A stretch of 64,000 nt of DNA. It comes from a virus. Of this stretch, positions 9,629 to 18,516 are shown in pieces. The notes below the pieces were generated by a model that did not search any database, was not told the origin of the DNA, and saw only the letters and a program-made list of their open reading frames with translations. The DNA lies in the IMG/VR virus record IMGVR_UViG_3300025881_000002. One strand, 5' to 3'. The position numbers were made by a program, and so were the translations under genes. Numbering within the stretch: the first letter of the stretch is position 1; the number at the start of each line of letters is the position of its first letter.

Positions 9629-9841
9629 TTAAGAATAATATTCTGTTATAGCGTTATTGACTATTATAAGATCATTGTCTATGTTTTCTTCTTCAAACAT
9701 ACCCATTGGTGTCTTACATGTGTCATCTCCTCCTGTAACTGTTCTAAATACGTATTGAACAGGATTTCCTGGACTTTTAACAGCTTCTGCATAAAGTACT
9801 ATACTTGAAAAACTTTCTGGGAAGAATTTCTTAATTTGTTT
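9629..9841 (-). CDS. Sak4/AAA_24-like RecA-type ATPase, exon 2
   Basis: KQIKKFFPESFSSIVLYAEAV...YVFRTVTGGDDTCKTPMGMF continues the AAA_24 C-terminal pattern after exon 1 ends at ...AVQG. Confidence 0.65.
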   Translation of the reverse strand, partial: KQIKKFFPESFSSIVLYAEAVKSPGNPVQYVFRTVTGGDDTCKTPMGMFEEENIDNDLIIVNNAITEYYS

Positions 9842-9883
9842 CATTTTTACATATACATTTTCATATATATACCGACTATATCT

Positions 9884-10657
9884 TTATTCACGTTCATAAC
9901 TCCAATAATAACCTTTGAAAAAACCAGTTTTACGTATATAATAAGATAATGTACCACTACTTCCATTTACAGATTCTGCTGCTTTTTTAACAGAATTATA
10001 ATTAGTAATGTATTTTTTATCTTTAGTATATTGATATACTTTTTTTCTAGTTTTAACTTTTTTAATATAAGGTTTTATTTTTTTAGGATAATTTTTAGTA
10101 AAATATACAAATTGTTTATTTTTACATATTCTATTATCAGATTGCAAACAATGATATATAGAACTTGAAGTTACATTTAATTCTTTAGAGGCTTCTAAAG
10201 AACTATTATGTATTTTTTCAAAGTTACCATTAATATCATACTGAACTATTTTCTTTTTATTTAAATTTAAATTATATAGTTCAACTCTATCTGCTTTTTT
10301 TTGAATATTATATCCATTTTTTCTATTATAAGGTTTTAATTTATCTAAATAATATTGTTCTAATTCTATTATTTTATTTTTATCTATACATATTTTAATT
10401 ATATTAAATTCAATATTATCATTACCATATTTATTAAATGCATTTTGCAAATAATTATTAGGATGAATATTTTGTTTTAATAATCTTAAATGTTTAGACC
10501 ATCTACAATAAAATCCTTTATCAGAAATTTTATTAGACTTTAAACCTGCTATAGTAGAACCAATATATATTTTATTAGTTCCTTTAAAAGTTATGTTGTA
10601 AATACCAGTAGAACTAAGTTCTTCTATATTTACAAATTTTAATAGTTGTTTCTTCAT
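9884..10657 (-). CDS. GIY-YIG homing endonuclease with NUMOD-like C-terminal DNA-binding repeats
   Basis: GIYNITF...KIYIGST...RWSKH...NAFNKYG...EQYYL...GYNI. The start is set at MKKQLL because a TATCTTTG -7 box lies 4 nt upstream. Confidence 0.85.
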   Translation of the reverse strand: MKKQLLKFVNIEELSSTGIYNITFKGTNKIYIGSTIAGLKSNKISDKGFYCRWSKHLRLLKQNIHPNNYLQNAFNKYGNDNIEFNIIKICIDKNKIIELEQYYLDKLKPYNRKNGYNIQKKADRVELYNLNLNKKKIVQYDINGNFEKIHNSSLEASKELNVTSSSIYHCLQSDNRICKNKQFVYFTKNYPKKIKPYIKKVKTRKKVYQYTKDKKYITNYNSVKKAAESVNGSSGTLSYYIRKTGFFKGYYWSYERE

Positions 10658-10661
10658 AATA

Positions 10662-10669
10662 CAAAGATA
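10662..10669 (-). promoter_or_regulatory. Bacteroidetes-type -7 box (TATCTTTG) for the intron endonuclease
   Basis: The 20-mer TTGTATCTTTGTATTATGAA is identical to the plus-strand promoter/start at 36636-36655. Confidence 0.5.
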
Positions 10670-10906
10670 CAACAAAAATTCGTGAATACCTACTTTTTCA
10701 ATATAAATTTTATACTAATAATTTATACTTACTCCCTCACGGGATAGTCTGTGAACGTTCTCTATTTTAAAAGAGCTTCGCTGCTGATTATCTAATCTTA
10801 TATATTTTTAAACATTCACGCTTATCATTTATGATTACGTTGTAGTTATATAAGCTTAAAGACGTTCCAGCAATTAAATAGGTTTAATCAGGGCAAACAT
10901 TAATCA

Positions 10907-11365
10907 ACCCTGCACAGCTATTTCCATTCTAGGAAAGCCTGATTCATCATATACTATTTCAGGATGACAAAATAAATATACTACTAAATCATCTCTCAAC
11001 TTTTCGTTGATAATATTAATAAGTTTATAATGACTAAATGAGAAATTACCCCATTTTTCAAAACCTTTATTTTTTACAAAGCTAGGCGCCATTACTCCAT
11101 CAGTCATCATCCTACTCCAAGTATCAATTATAACTGTATTTACATTATCATTACTTTGTACTTCTTTTAATTTTGTTATTACTTCATCTACATTACTTGT
11201 TTGTAAGTAATTTCCTTTTTCTTCACTGTATTTGCTACGAAATTTAGGAAATGGTAAATCTTTTTGATCAGAATTTATAATCACAGTTTTATCTGGATCT
11301 AAATTTCTTGCACTAGTTGATTTACCCATTCCTGATTTCCCAACAATAAATACTAATTGTCCCAT
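10907..11365 (-). CDS. Sak4/AAA_24-like RecA-type ATPase, exon 1
   Basis: Walker A VGKSGMGKST, Walker B-like VIIDTWS, LVVYLFCHPE. The ORF ends in a stop directly after the P1 U. Confidence 0.7.
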
Positions 11366-11432
11366 TAATTTATTTTATAGTTAATAATTGTTTAGATTAT
11401 TTTCATCAACTATATAAATAAAAAATGAGCTG

Positions 11433-12035
11433 TTATTTTGTTAAAAATATTTGCATACTATTACCTTTATATTTAAATAAATCTTTTTTCTTTTTAAGGA
11501 TTATATTTTTATATATAGGACTATGATCTCCAAAATTAATACCTCTTCCTTGAGATTTATCTATTACATTATCTTTTATACATTTAAGTAAAAAATATAA
11601 AGAATCAGTTCCTCTACAATTATTAAATATATCTTTTTTAAATTGATCAATATTAAACTGACTAGCTCTATACCAATTTAATCTAATAATATTTAATAAT
11701 AAAAGATTTTTAGAATAAAAAAAACAAGCTCTATTTTTTACTCTATCTTTATCCCAATCAATTAATTTATATCTAATATATTTCTTGTTATTTATTTTAA
11801 CAATTTTACAAGACGTTATATTATTTATTAATTGAACTAATCGTGGTAAATCTTTAGTATTATTAAATTTATAAATATAAATATATTTAGTTTTTAAAGG
11901 TAATCTTTGTAAACCTGACCAACAAGCAGTTCCTAAATGAAAATGTTCAAATTTAACTTTACTTGAAGAACTTATATTATCATATATTTTATCTTCTATT
12001 TTTATACCATAATAACAAGAATAATTATTTCTCAT
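11433..12035 (-). CDS. hypothetical protein
   Basis: 200-aa ORF in the minus-strand array. No motif recognised. Confidence 0.5.
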   Translation of the reverse strand: MRNNYSCYYGIKIEDKIYDNISSSSKVKFEHFHLGTACWSGLQRLPLKTKYIYIYKFNNTKDLPRLVQLINNITSCKIVKINNKKYIRYKLIDWDKDRVKNRACFFYSKNLLLLNIIRLNWYRASQFNIDQFKKDIFNNCRGTDSLYFLLKCIKDNVIDKSQGRGINFGDHSPIYKNIILKKKKDLFKYKGNSMQIFLTK

Positions 12036-12048
12036 TTTTAATTAGTTT

Positions 12049-12390
12049 TTAATTACTATAAGCCAACATTTCTGCTGGTATTCTTGGGTATGATTTATAA
12101 TCAAATAATGTAAAATCTTTAATATCAATATTACCATTATCAATATGCCTCATAATATCATTATTTTTAAAATTATCATTATTTAAATTAGTTTGAGTTA
12201 ATGTACTAATCATTAATTCACTATCACCATACTTATCAACATCCCTACTTAACTGCTCTTTAACAGCATCTAAATGAGGTTCATAAATATGTACGTTGCT
12301 TAAATCACCTATAATACCTTTTGGTATCATATTAGTCATCTTACCTATAATCTGTGCTAAAAGTCCATAAGAAGCAATGTTAAAGGGTAA
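12049..12390 (-). CDS. thyA: thymidylate-synthase-like enzyme, exon 2
   Basis: LPFNIASYGLLAQII...VHIYEPHLDAVKEQLSR aligns to E. coli ThyA LPFNIASYALLVHMM...THLYSNHMDQTHLQLSR. Confidence 0.85.
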   Translation of the reverse strand, partial: LPFNIASYGLLAQIIGKMTNMIPKGIIGDLSNVHIYEPHLDAVKEQLSRDVDKYGDSELMISTLTQTNLNNDNFKNNDIMRHIDNGNIDIKDFTLFDYKSYPRIPAEMLAYSN

Positions 12391-12431
12391 CATTTTATTC
12401 CATAAAGTGCGTAACTACTTTATGCGTTTAA

Positions 12432-12668
12432 TTATAATTCTATTAAATTATACTCATTTTCATCATTGTTGTTTTCTAAATAAATATAAATTTCCTCTTC
12501 AGAATTAGTTTCAGTTTTAGCTTCTATTTGACACACTTCTATTAAATTCATAGCTTGAGTATCTATATCATAAACTGTTATTGTTTTCCAACCTGTAGTT
12601 TCTTCTATATTTTCTTCTAAATCAATTTGCTGTAGATGTTTTTCTACTACATAATATAAATTTTGCAT
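12432..12668 (-). CDS. small highly acidic protein encoded inside the thyA intron (P9 region)
   Basis: 78-aa ORF, Glu/Asp/Asn-rich, with no endonuclease motif. It lies between P9 and the terminal intron hairpin. Confidence 0.45.
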   Translation of the reverse strand: MQNLYYVVEKHLQQIDLEENIEETTGWKTITVYDIDTQAMNLIEVCQIEAKTETNSEEEIYIYLENNNDENEYNLIEL

Positions 12669-12798
12669 AATTTTTTATTTTTTATTAATTAAACTGCTGC
12701 ATATTACTATGCAGATTAGACTATATCTTCACTCATTTCTGAGGACTAGCGTTTCCAATCACTTGATTGTACTCCCATAAGGGATAGTCGTTCGGCAT

Positions 12799-13482
12799 TT
12801 ATTTTTTATAAAATTGTGGATAATTTTTGGATTTTACTCTATTTTGAATAGCAGTTATAGACATATTATAATATCTTGCTGCTTCTGCATAAGAAGGAAA
12901 TTCTTTTTGTTCACATATAATTATATGACCTTGATTAATACCTTCTTTATACAGTTTATTTTCATCTTTTTCTTCTCCTATAATGTTCCAATTTCTAAAT
13001 TTACTATTTAATGATTTACATCTATATCTAATAGTTGTAACTGGTAAATTTAAAGCAATTGAGGCTTTATTAAAAGAATTAAATATTTCACCATTTATAT
13101 TAACAGAAATAGCATTTCCAGGTAAACTACCTTTTCTACTTTCTGATATTTTTTTATAAACTTCTTTTTGTCTTTTTAATGGAAATGTTTTTATTATATC
13201 TCCACCAACAGAATTTGGTGATATATTATAAGATTTTGTAAAATCTAAATTATCTAGAAACTCTTGTTCAGTTTCTTTAATATTATTAACTTCAGCTATT
13301 ATTTTAAATTCAAAAAATTCTTCACCATGTTTATTATAAGAACTCTGTAAATGTTTATTTACATGTTTATTAGCTCTTAAATGCCATAAATGTTGTTTTT
13401 TTCTTGTTTTAAAATCAACTGTACTACCAATATAATATTTATTGGTATTTAAATTTGTAATTTTGTAAATATAACCTTTCAT
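12799..13482 (-). CDS. GIY-YIG homing endonuclease (I-TevI-like arrangement)
   Basis: GYIYKITN...KYYIGST...RKKQH...SSYNKHG...EQEFL...YNISP. C-terminal HTH-like repeats. Located in the P6 loop of the td-like intron. Confidence 0.85.
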   Translation of the reverse strand: MKGYIYKITNLNTNKYYIGSTVDFKTRKKQHLWHLRANKHVNKHLQSSYNKHGEEFFEFKIIAEVNNIKETEQEFLDNLDFTKSYNISPNSVGGDIIKTFPLKRQKEVYKKISESRKGSLPGNAISVNINGEIFNSFNKASIALNLPVTTIRYRCKSLNSKFRNWNIIGEEKDENKLYKEGINQGHIIICEQKEFPSYAEAARYYNMSITAIQNRVKSKNYPQFYKK

Positions 13483-13497
13483 AAATTTGTATTTCTA

Positions 13498-13528
13498 CAA
13501 ATATACAAAATAGTTACCTATATTGCAA
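13498..13528 (-). promoter_or_regulatory. Bacteroidetes-type promoter for the intron endonuclease
   Basis: Minus strand reads CTTG, 20 nt, TATATTTG, 15 nt, ATG. Confidence 0.55.
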
Positions 13529-13648
13529 GTTATTTACTCATTATTTTATAATAATATTTATTATATAAAAAAATTTAGCACGGGATTGTCCTTAACTTAA
13601 TATTAGGAGTTTCCCCGTTTAACTAGTTTTAACCTCAGCTTACTACCT

Positions 13649-14476
13649 ACCGAGGAATGTATCCACACTATGTTGATGCCATTTTAAAGTGAATTGATAT
13701 TTAGGTATAAACTCTTCACAAGAATCATGTTCTGGTCCAAAAAATATTTGATAATATTTATTTTCACATTTTATAACATCTTTATGTTCTAAATTTTTAC
13801 AAGCTTTTTCAAACCAATCATTTTCTTTAAGTCCTGTATAATCAGCAACATAATCAAATTCAATAGGTTCAACCAATACTTCAAAACTCCAATGACAAGG
13901 TGTTAAAGCACATTGATCTTTCTCTGCTGGATTCCAGAATGTTACTGTCTTCTTAGTAGCCATTGGATTAGTTTTAAGAATGTTTATAAGTTCTGCAAAT
14001 TGGTCTATAGTATTAAACTCTGGACCATTATCTACTTCACTAGAACCTCTCCAATTTCTCAATTGAGCACCATAACCTCTACCTATATCTCCAAAATTAT
14101 AGTTTTTATTATTTGAAATATTTCTTTCTACACCTATTTTTTTAATAAACTCATCATAAGGTTTAATTCCAAATTTACCTTCACCTTTACTTAAATAATA
14201 ATTATAAGTATCTTTATTCCAAATATTAATATCATTATCTACAAGATATTTAATATTAGTATCTCCTCTTAAAATCCACAATAACTCTCCTACAACAGAT
14301 TTCCACGCTAACTTTTTAGTAGTTAGCGCAGGAAAACCATCTCTAAAATCGTGTACAATCTTATAATCTGATATTTGACGCCTATATACACCTTTACGAT
14401 TAGGATCTTCATATCTATATCCTTCATCTAAGATGTGTTGTAATAATTTTTTATATTCATAATCTATTTTTGCCAT
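13649..14476 (-). CDS. thyA: thymidylate-synthase-like enzyme, exon 1
   Basis: GFPALTTKK, GELLWILRGDTN, YGAQLRNW, FWNP, ALTPCHWSF (catalytic Cys), HQHSVDTFLG. Ends exactly at FLG, preceding LPFNIASY of exon 2. Confidence 0.85.
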
Positions 14477-14872
14477 TTATGTTGTTTTTATTTCTACTAT
14501 TTTATTTAAAATATACATTTTATCTCTTAAAATAGTACATTCTTCAAATTTATTTTCTTCTACTAAATCATTTATTTTAGATTTAATACATGCAATTTCT
14601 TTCCTAGCTTCAGGTAAATTAATTAAATCATGATTTACTTGAATAAAAAAAGAAGATTTATCCATTTTAGTAATTTGAATTTTACTAAAAGTTTTATCTG
14701 AAGATATAAATTCTTTTGTTAATACAATACCATCTAAATCTTCCTGTAAAGATTCTTTATATATACCTCTATTAAGTATTTCTTCATTATTAAAAACAGT
14801 ATCTTTGTCAAAAAGATTACTTTCTAATCTTGGTATAACAGGTTTTAATTCTTTTAAGAGATTCTTAAACAT
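14477..14872 (-). CDS. hypothetical protein (C-terminal UVR-like helix motif)
   Basis: 131-aa ORF. LVEENKFEECTILRDKMYIL resembles the UvrB/C-type UVR motif. This is weak evidence. Confidence 0.5.
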   Translation of the reverse strand: MFKNLLKELKPVIPRLESNLFDKDTVFNNEEILNRGIYKESLQEDLDGIVLTKEFISSDKTFSKIQITKMDKSSFFIQVNHDLINLPEARKEIACIKSKINDLVEENKFEECTILRDKMYILNKIVEIKTT

Positions 14873-14874
14873 AA

Positions 14875-15636
14875 TTATAGTTCTAAGTTAATTATTTCAT
14901 TAATTGTAGTTTTCAAATCTACTGTAGAATCTTCTTTAGATTCATTCATTGATTCAAGGATCATATTACTTTTAATATTAGATAATGTATCAATAGTAGT
15001 TTTAGATTTTTCCATAAAATCAATCATATAAACTACATTTCCAATTAATTCTTTTATGTTATTTAATTCCTCAAGTTGATCTTTCAAAATTTGATCTAAT
15101 TCTTTCTTTTTTTCAGAAAGCACTTCTATTTCGATAATATTTTCACCTATTACTTTATATAAGCTAATATCATCAATTCTAACAGAATTACTTTTTCTAG
15201 CTGTCATTAACATTCTAGAATACAAACCTGATTTATTATCTACTTGAAGTCTACTATATGTGAAATTAACAGTGTTATAATCACTATTAGACATAAGTGC
15301 TATTTCTAATTTACCAGAATCGTTAATAAACACTTCAAAAGTCCATCTATCTCTTTTGTCTAGTTTATCTATAGAAAACATATGACCAGCTACATTATGA
15401 CCATTTGAATTTCTATTCATTTTAAAAAAATACTTTTGTTCTCTAGATTTTTTTACAAAATTTTCAAAAACATTATTTATAATTTCTAAAATTGGTGAAT
15501 ATACACCATCTGTACCTTCATCATTATAATCATTAATTAATTCATCATGATCTTCTCTTTCAAAAAGTTCTTTATTGATATTTTTATTTAAAATATCTTT
15601 TAAATTGCCTATATTTTTAGGTTCTTTCTCTTTCAT
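14875..15636 (-). CDS. hypothetical protein
   Basis: 253-aa ORF whose start overlaps the helicase stop. Confidence 0.55.
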   Translation of the reverse strand: MKEKEPKNIGNLKDILNKNINKELFEREDHDELINDYNDEGTDGVYSPILEIINNVFENFVKKSREQKYFFKMNRNSNGHNVAGHMFSIDKLDKRDRWTFEVFINDSGKLEIALMSNSDYNTVNFTYSRLQVDNKSGLYSRMLMTARKSNSVRIDDISLYKVIGENIIEIEVLSEKKKELDQILKDQLEELNNIKELIGNVVYMIDFMEKSKTTIDTLSNIKSNMILESMNESKEDSTVDLKTTINEIINLEL

Positions 15637-16570
15637 TTTTTATAAAATTTTTAATCTTATTCATTTCAGGAATATTAGTAGGTAAAGGAAGTTCTTTAAA
15701 AAAGTTTACAGCGCCATCAAAATATAATGGACATATACTATTTCCTCCTCCTTCACGTGAAGCTAATACTTCTAAAAACCTAATATTATCTTTAAAATAC
15801 ATTATGTTATAGCCATCCTTTTCAGGATATGTTTTTATTTTATGTCTATAAGGGCTAAATAAACCTAATACAACATCAGCATCTCTAGCAGTTAATTTAT
15901 TATCTGCAAGACCATCTAAACTAGGTTTAAGACGATTAGCTTTCATATTTTCAACTGATTCTTGAGCTGCTGATTGTTGTTGTATTACTACAGGTATAAA
16001 ATTATATCTATTTCTAAGTTCTACTAAATAATTAGAAGATAACTTAGTTATAGTTTGATGTAATGTCATACCTTGTTCCTGATGCAATAATGATACGTGA
16101 TCAATGATCATTATAACATATTCATCAGGGTCATTAGGTTCATAATAATTAAATATTTCATTTTCATATTTTTCACCAGTCTTATTATCTTTAAAAGTCT
16201 TAGTGGTCATATGAATAGTACCATTTGCTCTAGCGTAGTTACGCATAAATTTGTAAATACCAGTAGGATTTTTAATATTATCAATAAATGTTACCACTTC
16301 TTGAAACTTATCAAAATGTTCTTTAGAACCTTCTACTTCATTTAGTATTTCTTCACTTACAGGATTTTTTACACTCCTTAGATTTTTTGGATCTATTTTA
16401 TATTTACCTTTAGATTTTACATATAAATAATTACATATAGATTGTCTAAGTTTTTGTTCTTTAGACATCTCTAATGAGAAATAAAATATTTTAAGTTTAA
16501 TATTAGTTTTATTGTTTATAATATAGTCAATTGGATTGTACATATACAACCAATCGCAAGCTTGTGATTT
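15617..16570 (-). CDS. DnaB/T7 gp4-like replicative helicase, exon 2
   Basis: Frame opens as KSQACDW... after an in-frame TAG. Contains FYFSLEMS, MIIDHVSLL (Walker B), VVIQQQS, LDGLADNKLTARDADVVLGL and REGGGN...FDGAVNFF. Confidence 0.8.
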   Translation of the reverse strand, partial: KSQACDWLYMYNPIDYIINNKTNIKLKIFYFSLEMSKEQKLRQSICNYLYVKSKGKYKIDPKNLRSVKNPVSEEILNEVEGSKEHFDKFQEVVTFIDNIKNPTGIYKFMRNYARANGTIHMTTKTFKDNKTGEKYENEIFNYYEPNDPDEYVIMIIDHVSLLHQEQGMTLHQTITKLSSNYLVELRNRYNFIPVVIQQQSAAQESVENMKANRLKPSLDGLADNKLTARDADVVLGLFSPYRHKIKTYPEKDGYNIMYFKDNIRFLEVLASREGGGNSICPLYFDGAVNFFKELPLPTNIPEMNKIKNFIKNERERT

Positions 16571-16645
16571 CTATTTGTTACTACCAGTTTTATCTGGCGG
16601 TATAGTCATTTCTGCTATACTCTATAATTTAATATAATTAAAAAA

Positions 16646-17320
16646 TTAGTGGTCTTCTTCCAATTGAGCTAAATCAACAATATCTTCAACATCGTCTTCT
16701 TCTTCTAACTCATCATAATCTACACCTTCTACAGGTGTTACAACTACTGTATAAATTACTATTGTATTACCTGAATTAGGATTATCTACAAAAGTTTCAT
16801 TTATAATAAAACCATTTTGTCTTAAATGAGCAACAGCTTGAGGTAAATAAGCATAGTTAGCACAATTAATATTTGTACTAATTAACATAGCTCCAATATC
16901 TCTTACTTGAGTACAATATTGAATAAATCTAGCTAATACTCTAACCCTAAGATCTTGTCTATCAGGTAAAGTTTGTACGAAATTTAACATTGTTGTTATA
17001 GCATTTATACTATGAATACCACAACTACAAGTAATTCTACCTAATGTTTCTGAAGTTTGTGTTGAATAATTTTGATTGTCAACTGTAATGCTAATTGATA
17101 TAACTCCAGCTTCAGTTCTAGTTATTCTTAATGTATTTAAAGCTACATCTGCTGTATCTTCATTAGGTACATCTCTGAATAGTTCTGCTGAATAACGTCT
17201 TATACTACCATTATCATTTTCTACGTTGTAAAAACCTCTTACAGGGTTATTAGCAACTGTGTATTCACCACCTTGTGTTAGTCTATATCTCTTTGGATTA
17301 ATACATACTACTTGTTTCAT
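16646..17320 (-). CDS. intron-borne protein of unknown function (GC-shifted, acidic C-terminal tail)
   Basis: 224-aa ORF downstream of the intron catalytic core. It uses far more Arg/Val/Thr/Gln codons than its neighbours. No GIY-YIG, HNH or LAGLIDADG motif. The tail is DYDELEEEDDVEDIVDLAQLEEDH. Confidence 0.6.
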   Translation of the reverse strand: MKQVVCINPKRYRLTQGGEYTVANNPVRGFYNVENDNGSIRRYSAELFRDVPNEDTADVALNTLRITRTEAGVISISITVDNQNYSTQTSETLGRITCSCGIHSINAITTMLNFVQTLPDRQDLRVRVLARFIQYCTQVRDIGAMLISTNINCANYAYLPQAVAHLRQNGFIINETFVDNPNSGNTIVIYTVVVTPVEGVDYDELEEEDDVEDIVDLAQLEEDH

Positions 17321-17673
17321 CTTTAATTTAGTTTTAATTTAATTTTTAATTATTTTATTTTTATAGTTCGGACTATCTCATTATCCTACTAATTCACGTC
17401 TTTTTCCAGACACAGTTAGTTCAGGATATTCCTTGTTAGTCTCTACACCGTTTTGTAATATATGTTTAATAAAATCTGTAATTATTAAAGCGTCTTTTCT
17501 TTCAAGATTCTTATTTTTTATATAATTTATAGATTCATTTTTAATACTATCAAGTGACGGCACGGGATTGCCATTATTACATTTACACATAATTCTTATT
17601 TTAATGGGTTTCCCCGTTTAATAATATACTATTATTTTTTATGTATATTATCATATTTAGTTTATTTTAGTTA

Positions 17674-18483
17674 TTATTCTTCTAATTTTGCTAGAGCATT
17701 ATACATTGTACCATATCTCTTAAATTTAGATATTTTTAATTGTTTTTTAGCTCTTAAAATTTTATTATCAAAATATTCATTAACTTCTTGTTCATTTTTT
17801 AATTTTGAAGTTTTTAGTTTTAATGAATAAAGGCTATTTGAACCAGAACTATTACAATATATAAAACCTTTATTATATTTATCCAAATATTCTTTTTCAG
17901 AAGAAAATATAGCTTTATAATTTGCTTGTTGATAAGGTCTATTATAATCTTTTATATTTTGAATAGTTCTTCTTTTAGTAGCATCATATATATTATTACT
18001 TACATTAATTAATTTTGAATAATTACTCATTAATGAATAATTACAATTAAATCTTCTAATTTTACTAAGAACTTCAGATAACTGAATAGCTTGAAATATA
18101 CCTAAATTAGATCTTTCAATTATGTCATATAATAATTCTAATCTTTTTTTTAAATTACTATTTGAAAGTCTAATTATTCTAAAAGCAAATATTGCTTTAT
18201 ATTTAGCATCAAATTGTACTATATAATCATTTATAAAAGTACCTTGTAATTTTTCTATTATATCTTTTAACTTAGGATTTTTAATAAAAAATTCTGTATC
18301 ATCAACTTCTAATGTATTAAATTTAATACTATTATTAGTATATTGTGTAAAATAATCTGCACAATCTAATGTTCTTTTATTTACATTATAACTTTCACTA
18401 TTGCTTTTTTTACCATCTTTTGATAATTGGTATCTATATATTCTCATCAACTTTATTTTTAAACTAAATAATTCGGAATTCAA
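17674..18483 (-). CDS. intron-borne protein of unknown function (no His residues, no known endonuclease motif)
   Basis: 269-aa ORF between P1/P2 and the P3-P9 core. The ORF track start is TTG. The first ATG (MRIYRY) is 12 codons in. Confidence 0.5.
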   Translation of the reverse strand: MNSELFSLKIKLMRIYRYQLSKDGKKSNSESYNVNKRTLDCADYFTQYTNNSIKFNTLEVDDTEFFIKNPKLKDIIEKLQGTFINDYIVQFDAKYKAIFAFRIIRLSNSNLKKRLELLYDIIERSNLGIFQAIQLSEVLSKIRRFNCNYSLMSNYSKLINVSNNIYDATKRRTIQNIKDYNRPYQQANYKAIFSSEKEYLDKYNKGFIYCNSSGSNSLYSLKLKTSKLKNEQEVNEYFDNKILRAKKQLKISKFKRYGTMYNALAKLEE

Positions 18484-18516
18484 CTATATATTACTATATA
18501 GAGGGGCAAATCATTT

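Larger units (their letters stand above)
9842..10906 (-). mobile_element. group I intron (td-like core) carrying a GIY-YIG homing endonuclease in P8
   Basis: P1 pairs CAGGGU (exon, U.G at the splice site) with GCCCUG 12 nt downstream. The P3/P7 strand is GAACGUUCACAGACUAUCCCGUGAGGGAG (10757-10730). The P7 3' strand GAUAUAGUCGG (9882-9872) lies after the endonuclease ORF. The intron ends ...AAAAUG before exon 2. Confidence 0.75.
12391..13648 (-). mobile_element. group I intron, T4 td-like (IA2-type), with a GIY-YIG ORF in P6 and a second ORF in the P9 region
   Basis: P1 pairs CCUCGGU (exon) with GCUGAGG. UUAAACGGGGAAAC...ACAAUCCCGUGCUAAAU (13624-13578) is nearly identical to the T4 td P4-P6 core. 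P7 is GACUAU / GAUAUAGUC (12790-12700). The final hairpin is CAUAAAGU-N8-ACUUUAUG, and the intron ends ...AAAAUG before UUACCC (LPF). Confidence 0.85.
16571..18516 (-). mobile_element. about 1.95-kb group I intron-like intervening sequence splitting the helicase Walker A motif
   Basis: Exon 1 ends ...SKVG(GGU) and exon 2 starts AAA UCA (KS), restoring GKS. The intron ends ...CAAAUAG (terminal G). The td-like P4-P6 core UUAAACGGGGAAAC...CAAUCCCGUGC sits at 17622-17569. P7-like strands are GAGACUAA and GAGAUAGUCCG (about 17440-17370). Confidence 0.7.

Noticed and set aside
17381-17590. 69-aa minus-strand ORF inside the helicase intron.
   Set aside because: It begins within the P5/P4' strand (its codons 5-12 are the conserved CAAUCCCGUGC core) and runs through the P6-P8 region. 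It is more likely a chance frame across ribozyme sequence than a gene.
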